Positions 41,501-49,931 of a stretch of 59,632 nt of DNA are shown piece by piece. The notes below the pieces were generated by a model that saw only the letters and a list, made by a program, of their open reading frames with translations, was not told the DNA's origin and did not search any database. Origin of the DNA: Ignavibacteriales bacterium (lineage in GTDB: Bacteria > Bacteroidota > Ignavibacteria > Ignavibacteriales > Ignavibacteriaceae); assembly GCA_016182615.1 (NCBI GenBank), contig JACPGF010000149.1, positions 1 to 59,632 on the forward strand. Reading direction: 5' to 3'. Numbering within the stretch: the first letter of the stretch is position 1; each line of letters begins with the position of its first letter. The position numbers and the translations under genes were made by a program.

Positions 41501-43186
41501 TGGCTTGCAGTTGCAGAGGGTGTTTCTGCAGCAGCAGGTACCTATGCTTGGACAGTTCCGGCAACTCCTTCCACACAGTGTAAAGTGCGTGTCAGCGCAG
41601 CCCTTGCTGATTCTATTTTTGATGTAAGCAATGCCAACTTTACCATTAGTGCGGGTGCAATTACCTGGTCTTCTGTTGTTAATGTAAAAGACAACAGCAC
41701 ACTCAATCAGAACCTTACTTTCGGTTTGGCACCAACTGCCACCAACGGTATTGATGCTGCATTAGGCGAAGTATCTCTTCCACCGGCACCTCCGGCTGGT
41801 ACCTTTGATGCCCGTTTTGAATTGCCGTTAACTCCGGCTGACTACTCATGGAAAGATTACCGTAACGACACGTTACAATCAGTAGCATGGGTTGCTAAAT
41901 TCCAACCGGGTGCTTCAGGTTATCCTTTCACGTTTACATGGAACCCTGCAACATTACCAGCTGGTACTTTTATGCTTAAAGATGCTGTTACTGGCACATT
42001 AGTTAATGTTGACATGAAAACAGTCGGTACATACACATTAACAAATACCGGTATCAGCAGCTTAAAGATAGAGTTCACGAAACAGTCAACCATCCCGATG
42101 ACCTTCGCTTCCGGTTGGAACATGTTCTCAGTTCCTTTGGTAGCGGCAGATATGACCGCAGCTACAATATGCTCGGGCGCTAACTCGAATGTTTTCGGCT
42201 ACGGAACATCCGGTTATACCTCAGCAACTACTTTAGGAAATGGTAAAGGCTACTGGGTACGTTATCCTTCAGCTTCAACTTACAACATGAACGGCTCACC
42301 GGTTTCCGGTAATACCATTGCACTTGCTGCAGGCTGGAATATGATTGGACCATACAATTGGAATGCAACCGTCAGCGGTATTACCACTGTTCCGGCAGGC
42401 ATTATCAATTCATCGTTCTTTGAATATAATAACGGTTACGTGCAAGCTACTATGTTACAGAAGACAAAAGGCTACTGGGTACGCACATCTGCTGCCGGCA
42501 CCATGACGCTTCCTGCAACCGTGGCAAAAGCGGGTGAAGTTGTTATTGCAACTGCTCCTAAAGACTGGTCACGGATAATTATTACCGATGCTACCGGTGC
42601 GCAACAAACATTATATGCAGCTCAGGTTGGTCAGGAATCAGCAGCCTCTGCATTTATTCTGCCTCCGGCACCTCCGGCAGGTATTTTTGATGTACGTTAT
42701 GCTTCAGACAAAAATGCAGAAGTATTTGCAGCTCAGCCTGTAAGCGTGCTTATCAACGGCGCTCAGTATCCTGTTAAAATTCAGGTTGTTGGTATGGATG
42801 TTACTCTGTCTGACAATTCAACCAATGGTAAACTTGTTAGTGCTAACCTGAAAAACGGTGAGTCTTATACCCTTGCAAACAGCGGTGTATCCTCGGTTGT
42901 TTTCAGCACCAGCACTAAACCGATGAGCTATGAATTGTTGCAGAACTATCCGAACCCATTCAACCCTTCAACAACAATTAAATTCGGATTACCGGAAAAA
43001 TCAAATGTAACTTTAACCGTCTTTAACCAGTTAGGCGAAAAGATCGCGGTTCTTGTTTCAGGCGATAAAGAAGCCGGTTTCCATACCGTTGAATGGAATG
43101 CAGCTAATCAGGTATCAGGCGTTTATTTCTACGAACTGAAAACCGATAAGTTTACTTCTATCAAGAAACTTATTCTGATGAAGTAA
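38558..43186 (+). CDS. Large secreted S8 serine peptidase (bacillopeptidase F-like) with FN3/Ig modules and T9SS-type C-terminal domain
   Basis: Signal peptide; IDTG, HGTHTMG, GTSMASPHVAG triad; QNYPNPFNPSTTI C-terminus; AAGGAG RBS before GTG. Confidence 0.92.
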   Translation: MKKLFLLLLLLTTFVFSQVEVSTRLTRAIQNSKSNEYVRGLILLKDQVDIEALDARLYKEHVTLEQRAYTVITALQEVAARSQGNLTSYLEQQKASRKVFSYQKFWVANMIQIEAQPEVFQALMGSMELSQMDLDAELQFDRPVITSFNTEGTESVEPGVKIINADKLWRLGITGQGRIVMNIDTGVEKNHPAINYKWRGTHVPANQAWFDPAGSTTPTDCDGHGTHTMGTMCGFSPTTGDTVGVAINAEWIAAKTICTSPHTSNSVAAFQWAMNPDGDPNTITDMPDAISSSWYDPDVSDECNGIYKTTLNAVEAAGIAAVFSAGNSGPSASTITKPKNINTDETNVFAVAAISGATYLGGSNDPIASFSSRGPSVCGGTGALLIKPEVAAPGVSVRSAYPPTGYTSMDGTSMASPHVAGAIALLRSFAPTLTGKQIKLALYNTAKDLGAVGEDNNYGRGLIDVYAAYMTMGTPDTIPPTPTTDLSVTEPTSNGLKITWTAPADTSPSGVVGYKIRYSLTPITDTTSYNNAMPVPFNTMPKPAGQTEAVRVDSLVPATTYYFALRSRDVWGNWSVLSNVASGATLAAPVALTTPDSVKKVLVPQQMVVDSVMIKNNAGVPSTLGYLVTMTNNTFPQGMLEMALAPITRQGTENLANVKSTGNETFFGQSIEGQGGPDSAGYKWIDSDEPNGPQYVWNDISTTGTAVTAWTATGTFDPKDEGYAGPFTFGFPFKFYRQAKTQVYVSSNGALLFNVPTANIFTNAAIPTVAAPNEYIAAFWDDLDGRTQGTVHYKAEGDKFIVQFTNWQKYSATGSLTFQYVLYPSGKIMFYYNNMNATLNSATVGIENATGTTGLQIAYNATYVKNNLAVKISAEPDWLNAQNLAGMLYQGNSAAIRLVFRSEDYPAGNYGMDLNIRTNDPAHQLITIPVRMVLNHPAVPITVTAPNGGENWQAGLTKNITWNANEVVNVNIKYTTDNGSSWLAVAEGVSAAAGTYAWTVPATPSTQCKVRVSAALADSIFDVSNANFTISAGAITWSSVVNVKDNSTLNQNLTFGLAPTATNGIDAALGEVSLPPAPPAGTFDARFELPLTPADYSWKDYRNDTLQSVAWVAKFQPGASGYPFTFTWNPATLPAGTFMLKDAVTGTLVNVDMKTVGTYTLTNTGISSLKIEFTKQSTIPMTFASGWNMFSVPLVAADMTAATICSGANSNVFGYGTSGYTSATTLGNGKGYWVRYPSASTYNMNGSPVSGNTIALAAGWNMIGPYNWNATVSGITTVPAGIINSSFFEYNNGYVQATMLQKTKGYWVRTSAAGTMTLPATVAKAGEVVIATAPKDWSRIIITDATGAQQTLYAAQVGQESAASAFILPPAPPAGIFDVRYASDKNAEVFAAQPVSVLINGAQYPVKIQVVGMDVTLSDNSTNGKLVSANLKNGESYTLANSGVSSVVFSTSTKPMSYELLQNYPNPFNPSTTIKFGLPEKSNVTLTVFNQLGEKIAVLVSGDKEAGFHTVEWNAANQVSGVYFYELKTDKFTSIKKLILMK

Positions 43187-43284
43187 TTATGCATTATGAG
43201 TGATGAATTATGAGTGCTTAGCGCAGAGTGCTAAATTTTTATACACGAGTAATTCGTAACAAGTAATTTTATACGATGATATAG

Positions 43285-43311
43285 CAAAGCCCCGCCACAA
43301 GCGGGGCTTTG
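43285..43311 (+). terminator. Terminator hairpin after S8 peptidase
   Basis: CAAAGCCCCGC/GCGGGGCTTTG. Confidence 0.75.
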
Positions 43312-43589
43312 TTGTTACATGGCATTTTTGTGAATAAAAAATAGCGGGGTATTGCATCCAGGCTTACCTTTGTTGCGCAGAGTATCCTAACAGCAACGGG
43401 TATAACATCGCTGCCTCACGAGGGCGATTTCTTTTTCCTTAAGGACTCGCTGTTAAATATTTGCATTTCGATGATGATTGAGCACCACTTGAATATTGCC
43501 GAAAGTGAAATAGCCATCATGATAAGTGTAACAACAAATGACAACTGAAGAAGTATAACGAAATTCCCATCGTCTATCCTCAGACTAAA

Positions 43590-43687
43590 GAGGCTGTGTT
43601 AAAACTCAAATTTTTTTGAAATTTATTTCGATGTTAAGCTGAAATCGAAGAATATAAATGCTTGACAAGGGGTTTTAACACAGCCTC
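43590..43687. mobile_element. 98-bp MITE with IS1182-like ends
   Basis: Perfect 16-bp IR GAGGCTGTGTTAAAAC/GTTTTAACACAGCCTC; TAAA on both flanks; inserted in an AGAC...GTCT palindrome. Confidence 0.8.
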
Positions 43688-43811
43688 TAAAGTCTTGGGT
43701 TAGGTGATGGAAACCGGTATAGATGTGAGACAAATAGTTACTGTTAGGAAAGCACCTTTTTTATATGGCTTTATTCGTATCTTTGTACAGGAAATTTTGA
43801 AAGAGAGAAAT

Positions 43812-44567
43812 ATGTCAACACTCGCTTGTCCTTTATTGGCGTTTCTACTCGCGGCAAACTTTTTTTCGTGTAACAGCAAAAAACAAACAGATTCCACGCC
43901 GGTCGTTTCCGATCCGGGCATTGTCCTGTTATCCGAGAAAACATTGCCGGTTCCGGAACCTTCAGCACTTGCCTATAATGCAAAAACCAAAACCTTGTAC
44001 ACGGTGTCCGATCAAAACGGAATCATTTATGAAATGTCACTCGCCGGGGAAATTATCCGGGAGATACCGGTTACAAGTTCCGATCTAGAAGGAATAGCAT
44101 TTTCAGCAAATTTCGACACGATTTATGTTGCCGAAGAGCGGACGTATCAGATAGTTGCATATTCTTTGACCGGAGTTAAGTATGATTCCTGGAAAAATGT
44201 AACATCTTCTGACACGAAAAATGGATACGAGGGAGTAACGGTAAACGCCGCGGGAAATTTTGTTGTGTTAAATGAAAAACTGCCCATGCTGTTGCTTGAA
44301 GCTGACAAACAGGGCAATGAAATAAAACGGAATGAATTGGCTTATACAAACGATATTTCGGATATTTGTTTTGATGCTGCAGAGAACTGCTACTGGATTG
44401 TCAGTGATGAATCAAAAAAGATTCTAAAATTGAAGCCTGATTATACTTTGATAAACTCATGGTCGGTAAATGTGGCTCAGGCAGAGGGAATCGCGGTTAC
44501 TACCGATGAAATTTATGTTGTTTCGGATTCGGATCAGAAATTGTTAATTTACAAGAAACCCAAATAA
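43812..44567 (+). CDS. SdiA-regulated/YjiK-like beta-propeller lipoprotein
   Basis: Lipobox-like FFSC; repeated EPSAL/DLEGIA/YEGVT/AEGIA blades. Confidence 0.75.
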   Translation: MSTLACPLLAFLLAANFFSCNSKKQTDSTPVVSDPGIVLLSEKTLPVPEPSALAYNAKTKTLYTVSDQNGIIYEMSLAGEIIREIPVTSSDLEGIAFSANFDTIYVAEERTYQIVAYSLTGVKYDSWKNVTSSDTKNGYEGVTVNAAGNFVVLNEKLPMLLLEADKQGNEIKRNELAYTNDISDICFDAAENCYWIVSDESKKILKLKPDYTLINSWSVNVAQAEGIAVTTDEIYVVSDSDQKLLIYKKPK

Positions 44568-44606
44568 TAAAGCAATACTGCCTTATCTAATTATCAAAAG
44601 GATATA

Positions 44607-46196
44607 ATGAAAAAAAATGCACTACTTGTTCTTTTCCTGCTCTCATTGTTAATCGGTGAGAAGGCTTTTGCACAAACCCTTGTGATGAATGAAATTTATT
44701 CAAGGGGCGTTACAGCAGATCCGGATTGGATCGAGTTGTACAACCCATTCCCGGCACCACTTGATATAACAGGCTATAAGATTTATGACAGCGGCGGACA
44801 GACAGGCACCAAACCCAAGCATACCGCTCCTGCCGGTACAATTGTTCCGGCAAATGGCTTTCTGGTAGTTGTCGTGGATGTTTCCGATTCAAGCGGTTTT
44901 GGTTTAAGCAGTAGCGGTGAAACCGTATGGCTTGAGAATGCAACAGGAACGGTTATCGACACGATCGCATTCCCTGCATTAGGTATTGATACATCATACG
45001 GCAGAAAACCCGATGGTTCTGCAGCTTGGCAAAAACTGACACCAACTACTAAAGGCACAAGCAACAGCGGAACTATAGTGCTGCCACTATCGATGAATGA
45101 AATCTATTCAAGAGGTGTAACTGCTGATCCCGACTGGATTGAAGTCTATAACCCGAATACCTCAGCCCTTGATATTACCGGATATAAAATTTACGATGCA
45201 GGTGGCCAGAGCGGCACAAAACCTAAAAAAATATTTCCGGCAGGCACAAGCGTACCTGCAAAAGGCTTTTTTGTTATAGTAACCGATATTCCTACGGCAA
45301 CAGATTCTAGCGGATTTGGATTAAGCAGCAGCGGTGAAACCGTATGGTTAGAAAACGCCGGGGGAGCAATTATTGACTCAATAGCTTTCCCTGGATTAGG
45401 AATTGATACATCCTACGGCAGAAGACCCGATGGAGCTGCTGTATGGCAAAAACTGACACCAACTACTAAAGGCACAAGTAATGCCGGAAGTGTAGTGGCA
45501 GCATTGGTTATGAATGAAATATTCGCGAGGGGTGTTCCTGGTGATTTGGATTGGATTGAAATTTATAACGGCCATTCCGTATCAGTTGATTTAACCGGGT
45601 ATAAAATATACGATAGCGGTGGACAGGTCGGCACAAAGCCAAAAAAGGTTTTCCCGGCTGGCGTAGTTATTCCGGCAAAGGGTTTCTATGTTATAATTAC
45701 CGATGATACCGATTCAAGCGGTTTTGGGCTTTCAAGTTCCGGTGAGGATGTGTGGTTAGAAAATGCGGTCGGCACGGTTATCGATCAGGTAAAATTTCTT
45801 GCTACTGCAAATGTAACACAATCTTACGGCCGCAGCCCCGATGGAGCGACATGGCAAATTTTAAATATTATAACAAAAGGCACATCGAACGGAACAAACG
45901 GGATTTTGGATGAAGCATCCCCCGCGAGTAATTTTGCACTGGCACAAAACTATCCCAACCCGTTTAACCCTTCAACGGTAATTAATTACCAGTTAGCGCA
46001 GAGCGGCTTTGTCAGCTTAAAGGTGTATAACCTGCTCGGTAAAGAAATTGCAACCTTAGTAAACAGCCCACAGGCTGCCGGGAACTATTCCCTCAATTTC
46101 TCAACCGATCAATACCACCTGGCAAGCGGCGTGTATATTTACATCTTAAAGGCCGATGGTTTTACATCGACAAAGAAGATGGTACTCATCCGGTAA
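44607..46196 (+). CDS. Secreted protein with three tandem lamin-tail-like domains and T9SS-type C-terminal domain
   Basis: 3x (MNEI..DWIE.YN..D.TGYKIYD..FGLSSSGE.VWL..SYGR.PDG); AQNYPNPFNPST. Confidence 0.85.
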   Translation: MKKNALLVLFLLSLLIGEKAFAQTLVMNEIYSRGVTADPDWIELYNPFPAPLDITGYKIYDSGGQTGTKPKHTAPAGTIVPANGFLVVVVDVSDSSGFGLSSSGETVWLENATGTVIDTIAFPALGIDTSYGRKPDGSAAWQKLTPTTKGTSNSGTIVLPLSMNEIYSRGVTADPDWIEVYNPNTSALDITGYKIYDAGGQSGTKPKKIFPAGTSVPAKGFFVIVTDIPTATDSSGFGLSSSGETVWLENAGGAIIDSIAFPGLGIDTSYGRRPDGAAVWQKLTPTTKGTSNAGSVVAALVMNEIFARGVPGDLDWIEIYNGHSVSVDLTGYKIYDSGGQVGTKPKKVFPAGVVIPAKGFYVIITDDTDSSGFGLSSSGEDVWLENAVGTVIDQVKFLATANVTQSYGRSPDGATWQILNIITKGTSNGTNGILDEASPASNFALAQNYPNPFNPSTVINYQLAQSGFVSLKVYNLLGKEIATLVNSPQAAGNYSLNFSTDQYHLASGVYIYILKADGFTSTKKMVLIR

Positions 46197-46216
46197 CTAT
46201 AATTGCAAAACAATTT

Positions 46217-46251
46217 AAAAAGGCCGCTGAACCCTGTGAAGCGGCCTTTTT
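46217..46251. terminator. Bidirectional terminator-like hairpin
   Basis: AAAAAGGCCGCT/AGCGGCCTTTTT. Confidence 0.8.
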
Positions 46252-46254
46252 AGT

Positions 46255-46276
46255 GTAGCGCGAAGCGCAGCTTCGC
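46255..46276 (+). repeat. GTAG-type REP
   Basis: GTAGCGCGAAGCGCAGCTTCGC; near-identical to 33844-33865. Confidence 0.7.
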
Positions 46277-46945
46277 CAAGCCTGCCCAGTTAACGAGACC
46301 CATCAGAAAACTTGTAATGCTACAAATAGGGCGATTTTCCAAACCGCCCTTTGCCAATGTTTTCTGCAACGGTAAAAACGATTTTACGTGCATTACATAA
46401 ACACCTCTGCTGCAAAAACTCCAGAGAGGGGATTCCCGGCTGCATGTTACCTCCATTCATCACTGGAATGCTATTGAGACGTTGAGTATATCGGATTTAC
46501 CGGTTTAACCATGTTTGGCAACAATTCAAATAATTTTATTGGTGCACAAAACCCGGTGTAAATGAAAGCAATAAGAATGAAGGAATAAAAAAGTTAACGA
46601 TGAAAATTCTTAGGCTGAACTATAGAATAGAGGTGCGGATATAGCTTATTAGCATGAATTGCACGATTGGAACTTAATAAAGAATAAGGGATAATTGTTT
46701 TTACCGCTGTTTTGCCTTATTTAATTAATCGGTTAGCAGCAATTAAATTCCATAATAGTTTGGCCTTTAGTGGGTAAAAGGAAGCGTCAAATTTCTAAGT
46801 CCCGCCTTTTTGAAAGGAGGGACTTGAAAAATGCCCTTTCGGCAAACCGAAAACTCTTCCGTTGACACTTTACCTCTCTTGGGAGGCATTGCCCTTTTAT
46901 AGAGAGCAGCTCGGTATGAGTTTGCAACTTATTATTGCTAATAAC

Positions 46946-49336
46946 TTACCGCAAATTCCGGAAGCTATTGCTTAATTTGGATTTATTCCGAGAGAGTAAA
47001 TGTGGAGCCGGCGGGTTCGGCTCAATCCGCTGGCGGTTCGCATCTCCCGAAATTTTAAAATGTGAAATTGATTCTTTTAGATGCGTTGTCATGTTTATAA
47101 GGTTTTCTACCAGTCTGGCAATTTGTTCAGCACCTTCAGCGGTTTGCCGGGTAACAAGGTTAATGCCTTCCATATTTTTGCTGATTTGCTCAGCAGTTGA
47201 AGACTCCTCTTCGCTTGCAGCGGCAACATGGGTAATAACATCAGAAACTTTGTCTGTTTCGGTAATTATCTCTTTCAATGAAGAATCGGCCTGTTGGGCA
47301 AGTAAACGGCCAGTCTCGACTTCATGAGTACTATTACGCATGGACTTGACGGCATCGGCTGTATCAGTTTGAATTTGATGAATCATTTGGGCAATTTCTT
47401 TTGTTGCTTTCGAGGTTCGTTCCGCGAGTTTCCGGACTTCATCCGCGACAACCGCGAAACCACGGCCTTGCTCGCCGGCACGGGCAGCTTCAATTGCAGC
47501 GTTAAGAGCCAGCAGATTCGTCTGATCGGCAATTTCTTCAATTACTTGAACTATTTCTCCGATTTGATCGCTGTTATTCCCTAACGTTTCTATATTGGCG
47601 GCTGTGTCTTGTACAACCTTAGAAAGATGCGTCATACTCTCGATGGTTTTCGATACAATAGTACCACCTGATACAGCCTTTTTCCCTGCGGATTTTGCCG
47701 CATCAGAGGCTTGAGCTGTGTTTTGTGACGTTTCAAGTATCGTACGGGTCATTTCCTCGATAGCTGACACAACTTCATCTGTTTGTGCCGATTGCTCATG
47801 TGTTCCGGCTGCCATCTGATTTGTAAGTGAAGATATTTCAGTGCCGGTATTCGAGGTTTCCTGAATGATTTCATACAAAGTCCCGATCAGGTCGCGCAGG
47901 CTTTTTATAACATTATTAAAACCACGGAACAAAAAACCAACTGCATCATTATTCTCATTTTCCATCGAAATATTCAAATCACCTGTGGCTAATTTTTCCA
48001 TTTCGACCAGAAGGCTGTCAACACTATTCTGCAGGTAAAGGTTCGCGTAAACATGACAATTCTCTTTTTTGTTAAGGTTATTAAAAATGGCCATTGCCAT
48101 TTCCCCGCAATTGTTATATCCGCATGCTCCGCAGTTCAACTCGTCCTTTGGCTCAGTTTTTAGCATATCAGCATAAATATTTCTTGTTTGCAGTTCGTCA
48201 GGTTTCTTTAGCCGTTTCACTTCGTCAGATATAGAGAGGTTTGTATATTTCCTGTTGTAGATTTCCGGCTTCCAGAATTTTTTTACTGCTCTTTGGAGCC
48301 GCCGTTTCGCGAAAAACGAGTGTTGCAATAAACCTTTTTGTTTATACCTTTTCTGCATTTCAAGGTTTCGCTTTTCAATAGCCGATTCAATTTCATCTTG
48401 TGTTTTTCCTTTTGCAGTTCCGGTTCCCCCGTTGCAGCCAAGTTCACAATTCAAACAATCTATTAGCAGCGGAGCCGAGCCATTTTGAATGTTTTCATTA
48501 AGGTGGGCAAGATAATGATAGACTGTTTTAGGCCCTTCTATTTTACGGCTGACGTTTACAATACTAGGCACTTCACGTTGAGCTGTTCTTAACAGACCTC
48601 CCGGTGTTGAAAAAAGGACAGCTCTTTCAGCAGGCACATTATCAAAGTCTATTTTGGGAAATGCATGAAGGGATATTTGCTTTTCTTTTAGATAATCACT
48701 AATCTTTGCAAGAGTAACGTTATAATCACCCAATCCGACTTCCTGAAATTCACGCTTCTTTGCTACACAGGGCGATATTATCAAGGTTTTCATTCGCGAA
48801 AAGGATGGATAATAGTGGCGGATCATCTTTATCGTATGCATCATCGGGCTGTCTGCAGGTGCGAGATACTTGAGTAATTCCGGATGATAAATTTCGATAA
48901 AACTAACAATTGCAGGACACGGCTGAGAAATAACAGCTTTGGGCTTGTGCGCTTTTATATGCTGCAAATAACTTTCTATGGTCAATTCAGCACCAAGACT
49001 GACATCGAATATTGCAGCAACACCAAGCGATTTTAACCATCCGTTAAAATTAAGATATTCCTCAGGGAAAACAGCGGCTATCGCGGGTGCCACAACTGCA
49101 ACAATTTGTTCCCTGTTCTTCAAGTCCTTCATGGCAAGTTCAAAATCATCAATAATCGTGCGGGCATTTTGCGGGCATATTTCAATACACTCACCGCATC
49201 CAATGCATAACTCCTCGTGCAGGCTTACATGATCTCCGGATCCGTTGTTACAGAATTTAACCGGGCATACAGCAATACATCGGTGGCAATTAAGACATTT
49301 GTCTTTATTGACATCAACAACTTTAGATAAATTCAT
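46946..49336 (-). CDS. Soluble methyl-accepting chemotaxis protein with [FeFe]-hydrogenase-like (group C) sensor domain
   Basis: Two CxxCxxCxxx[82 protein letters not shown]. Confidence 0.88.
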   Translation of the reverse strand: MNLSKVVDVNKDKCLNCHRCIAVCPVKFCNNGSGDHVSLHEELCIGCGECIEICPQNARTIIDDFELAMKDLKNREQIVAVVAPAIAAVFPEEYLNFNGWLKSLGVAAIFDVSLGAELTIESYLQHIKAHKPKAVISQPCPAIVSFIEIYHPELLKYLAPADSPMMHTIKMIRHYYPSFSRMKTLIISPCVAKKREFQEVGLGDYNVTLAKISDYLKEKQISLHAFPKIDFDNVPAERAVLFSTPGGLLRTAQREVPSIVNVSRKIEGPKTVYHYLAHLNENIQNGSAPLLIDCLNCELGCNGGTGTAKGKTQDEIESAIEKRNLEMQKRYKQKGLLQHSFFAKRRLQRAVKKFWKPEIYNRKYTNLSISDEVKRLKKPDELQTRNIYADMLKTEPKDELNCGACGYNNCGEMAMAIFNNLNKKENCHVYANLYLQNSVDSLLVEMEKLATGDLNISMENENNDAVGFLFRGFNNVIKSLRDLIGTLYEIIQETSNTGTEISSLTNQMAAGTHEQSAQTDEVVSAIEEMTRTILETSQNTAQASDAAKSAGKKAVSGGTIVSKTIESMTHLSKVVQDTAANIETLGNNSDQIGEIVQVIEEIADQTNLLALNAAIEAARAGEQGRGFAVVADEVRKLAERTSKATKEIAQMIHQIQTDTADAVKSMRNSTHEVETGRLLAQQADSSLKEIITETDKVSDVITHVAAASEEESSTAEQISKNMEGINLVTRQTAEGAEQIARLVENLINMTTHLKESISHFKISGDANRQRIEPNPPAPHLLSRNKSKLSNSFRNLR

Positions 49337-49636
49337 AATAAATGTTTAAATGTTTGGATGATTAGTTTAACGAGTAATACATTGCAAGTGGTGTTGTGTG
49401 GGCAACAAGGCAAACTCCGTTATGCAAAAATCGTGATTTTTTACAAACTTTTATCTTATTCCATCACAAAAAAATCAGATATTTTAATTTAAATTGGAAA
49501 GTGTAAATCCGCAGAAAAATCTGTTTAGAAATTCAACAAAAGTTCTTAAACAGGTTTAATTTCTATACAGTTTTTAACTATAACACCCGGCAAACAATCA
49601 TTAATTTAATTCGGACACGGCTTTTAAAGAGCCGCT

Positions 49637-49795
49637 CTATTGTTTTGCCCTTAACCGTTTTACTGCGGCTTGTTCCTCATCAAGCATTATTGCCTCGCAA
49701 AGCAGGGCAATAATTATCTCTTCATCAATCTGTTCAACGGAGGTAATTTCTTTCCAGTAAATTTGTTTCCGGGGGTCTTTGTCATTGGCATCCAT
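49637..49795 (-). pseudogene. Duplicated 3' fragment of the DUF1801 gene
   Basis: Reads ...RKQIYWKEITSVEQIDEEIIIALLCEAIMLDEEQAAVKRLRAKQ*; core identical to the gene at 54471-54887. Confidence 0.75.
49677..49773. repeat. 97-bp direct repeat, copy 1
   Basis: Identical to 54511-54607. Confidence 0.95.
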
Positions 49796-49867
49796 TCTTT
49801 ATGTAACTCGGCTGGCGAGAATTGTGGTGCCGATTATTTACAGGATTATTCCAATGAAAATATATGT

Positions 49868-49902
49868 AAAAAAAAGACTGCCCTTGGATTCCAAGGGCAG
49901 TT
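49868..49902 (-). terminator. Terminator of DUF3857 gene pair
   Basis: ACTGCCCTTGG/CCAAGGGCAGT stem with A8 run on the left (U-tract on minus strand). Confidence 0.85.
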
Positions 49903-49931
49903 CTGAAAGAGTTCTTATCGGCTTTAGCTTT

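Noticed and set aside
46830..46920. GGCAAAC as a c-di-GMP-I riboswitch (also near 49409)
   Set aside because: No GNRA-capped P2 followed by GACGCAAA; wrong position or strand relative to genes
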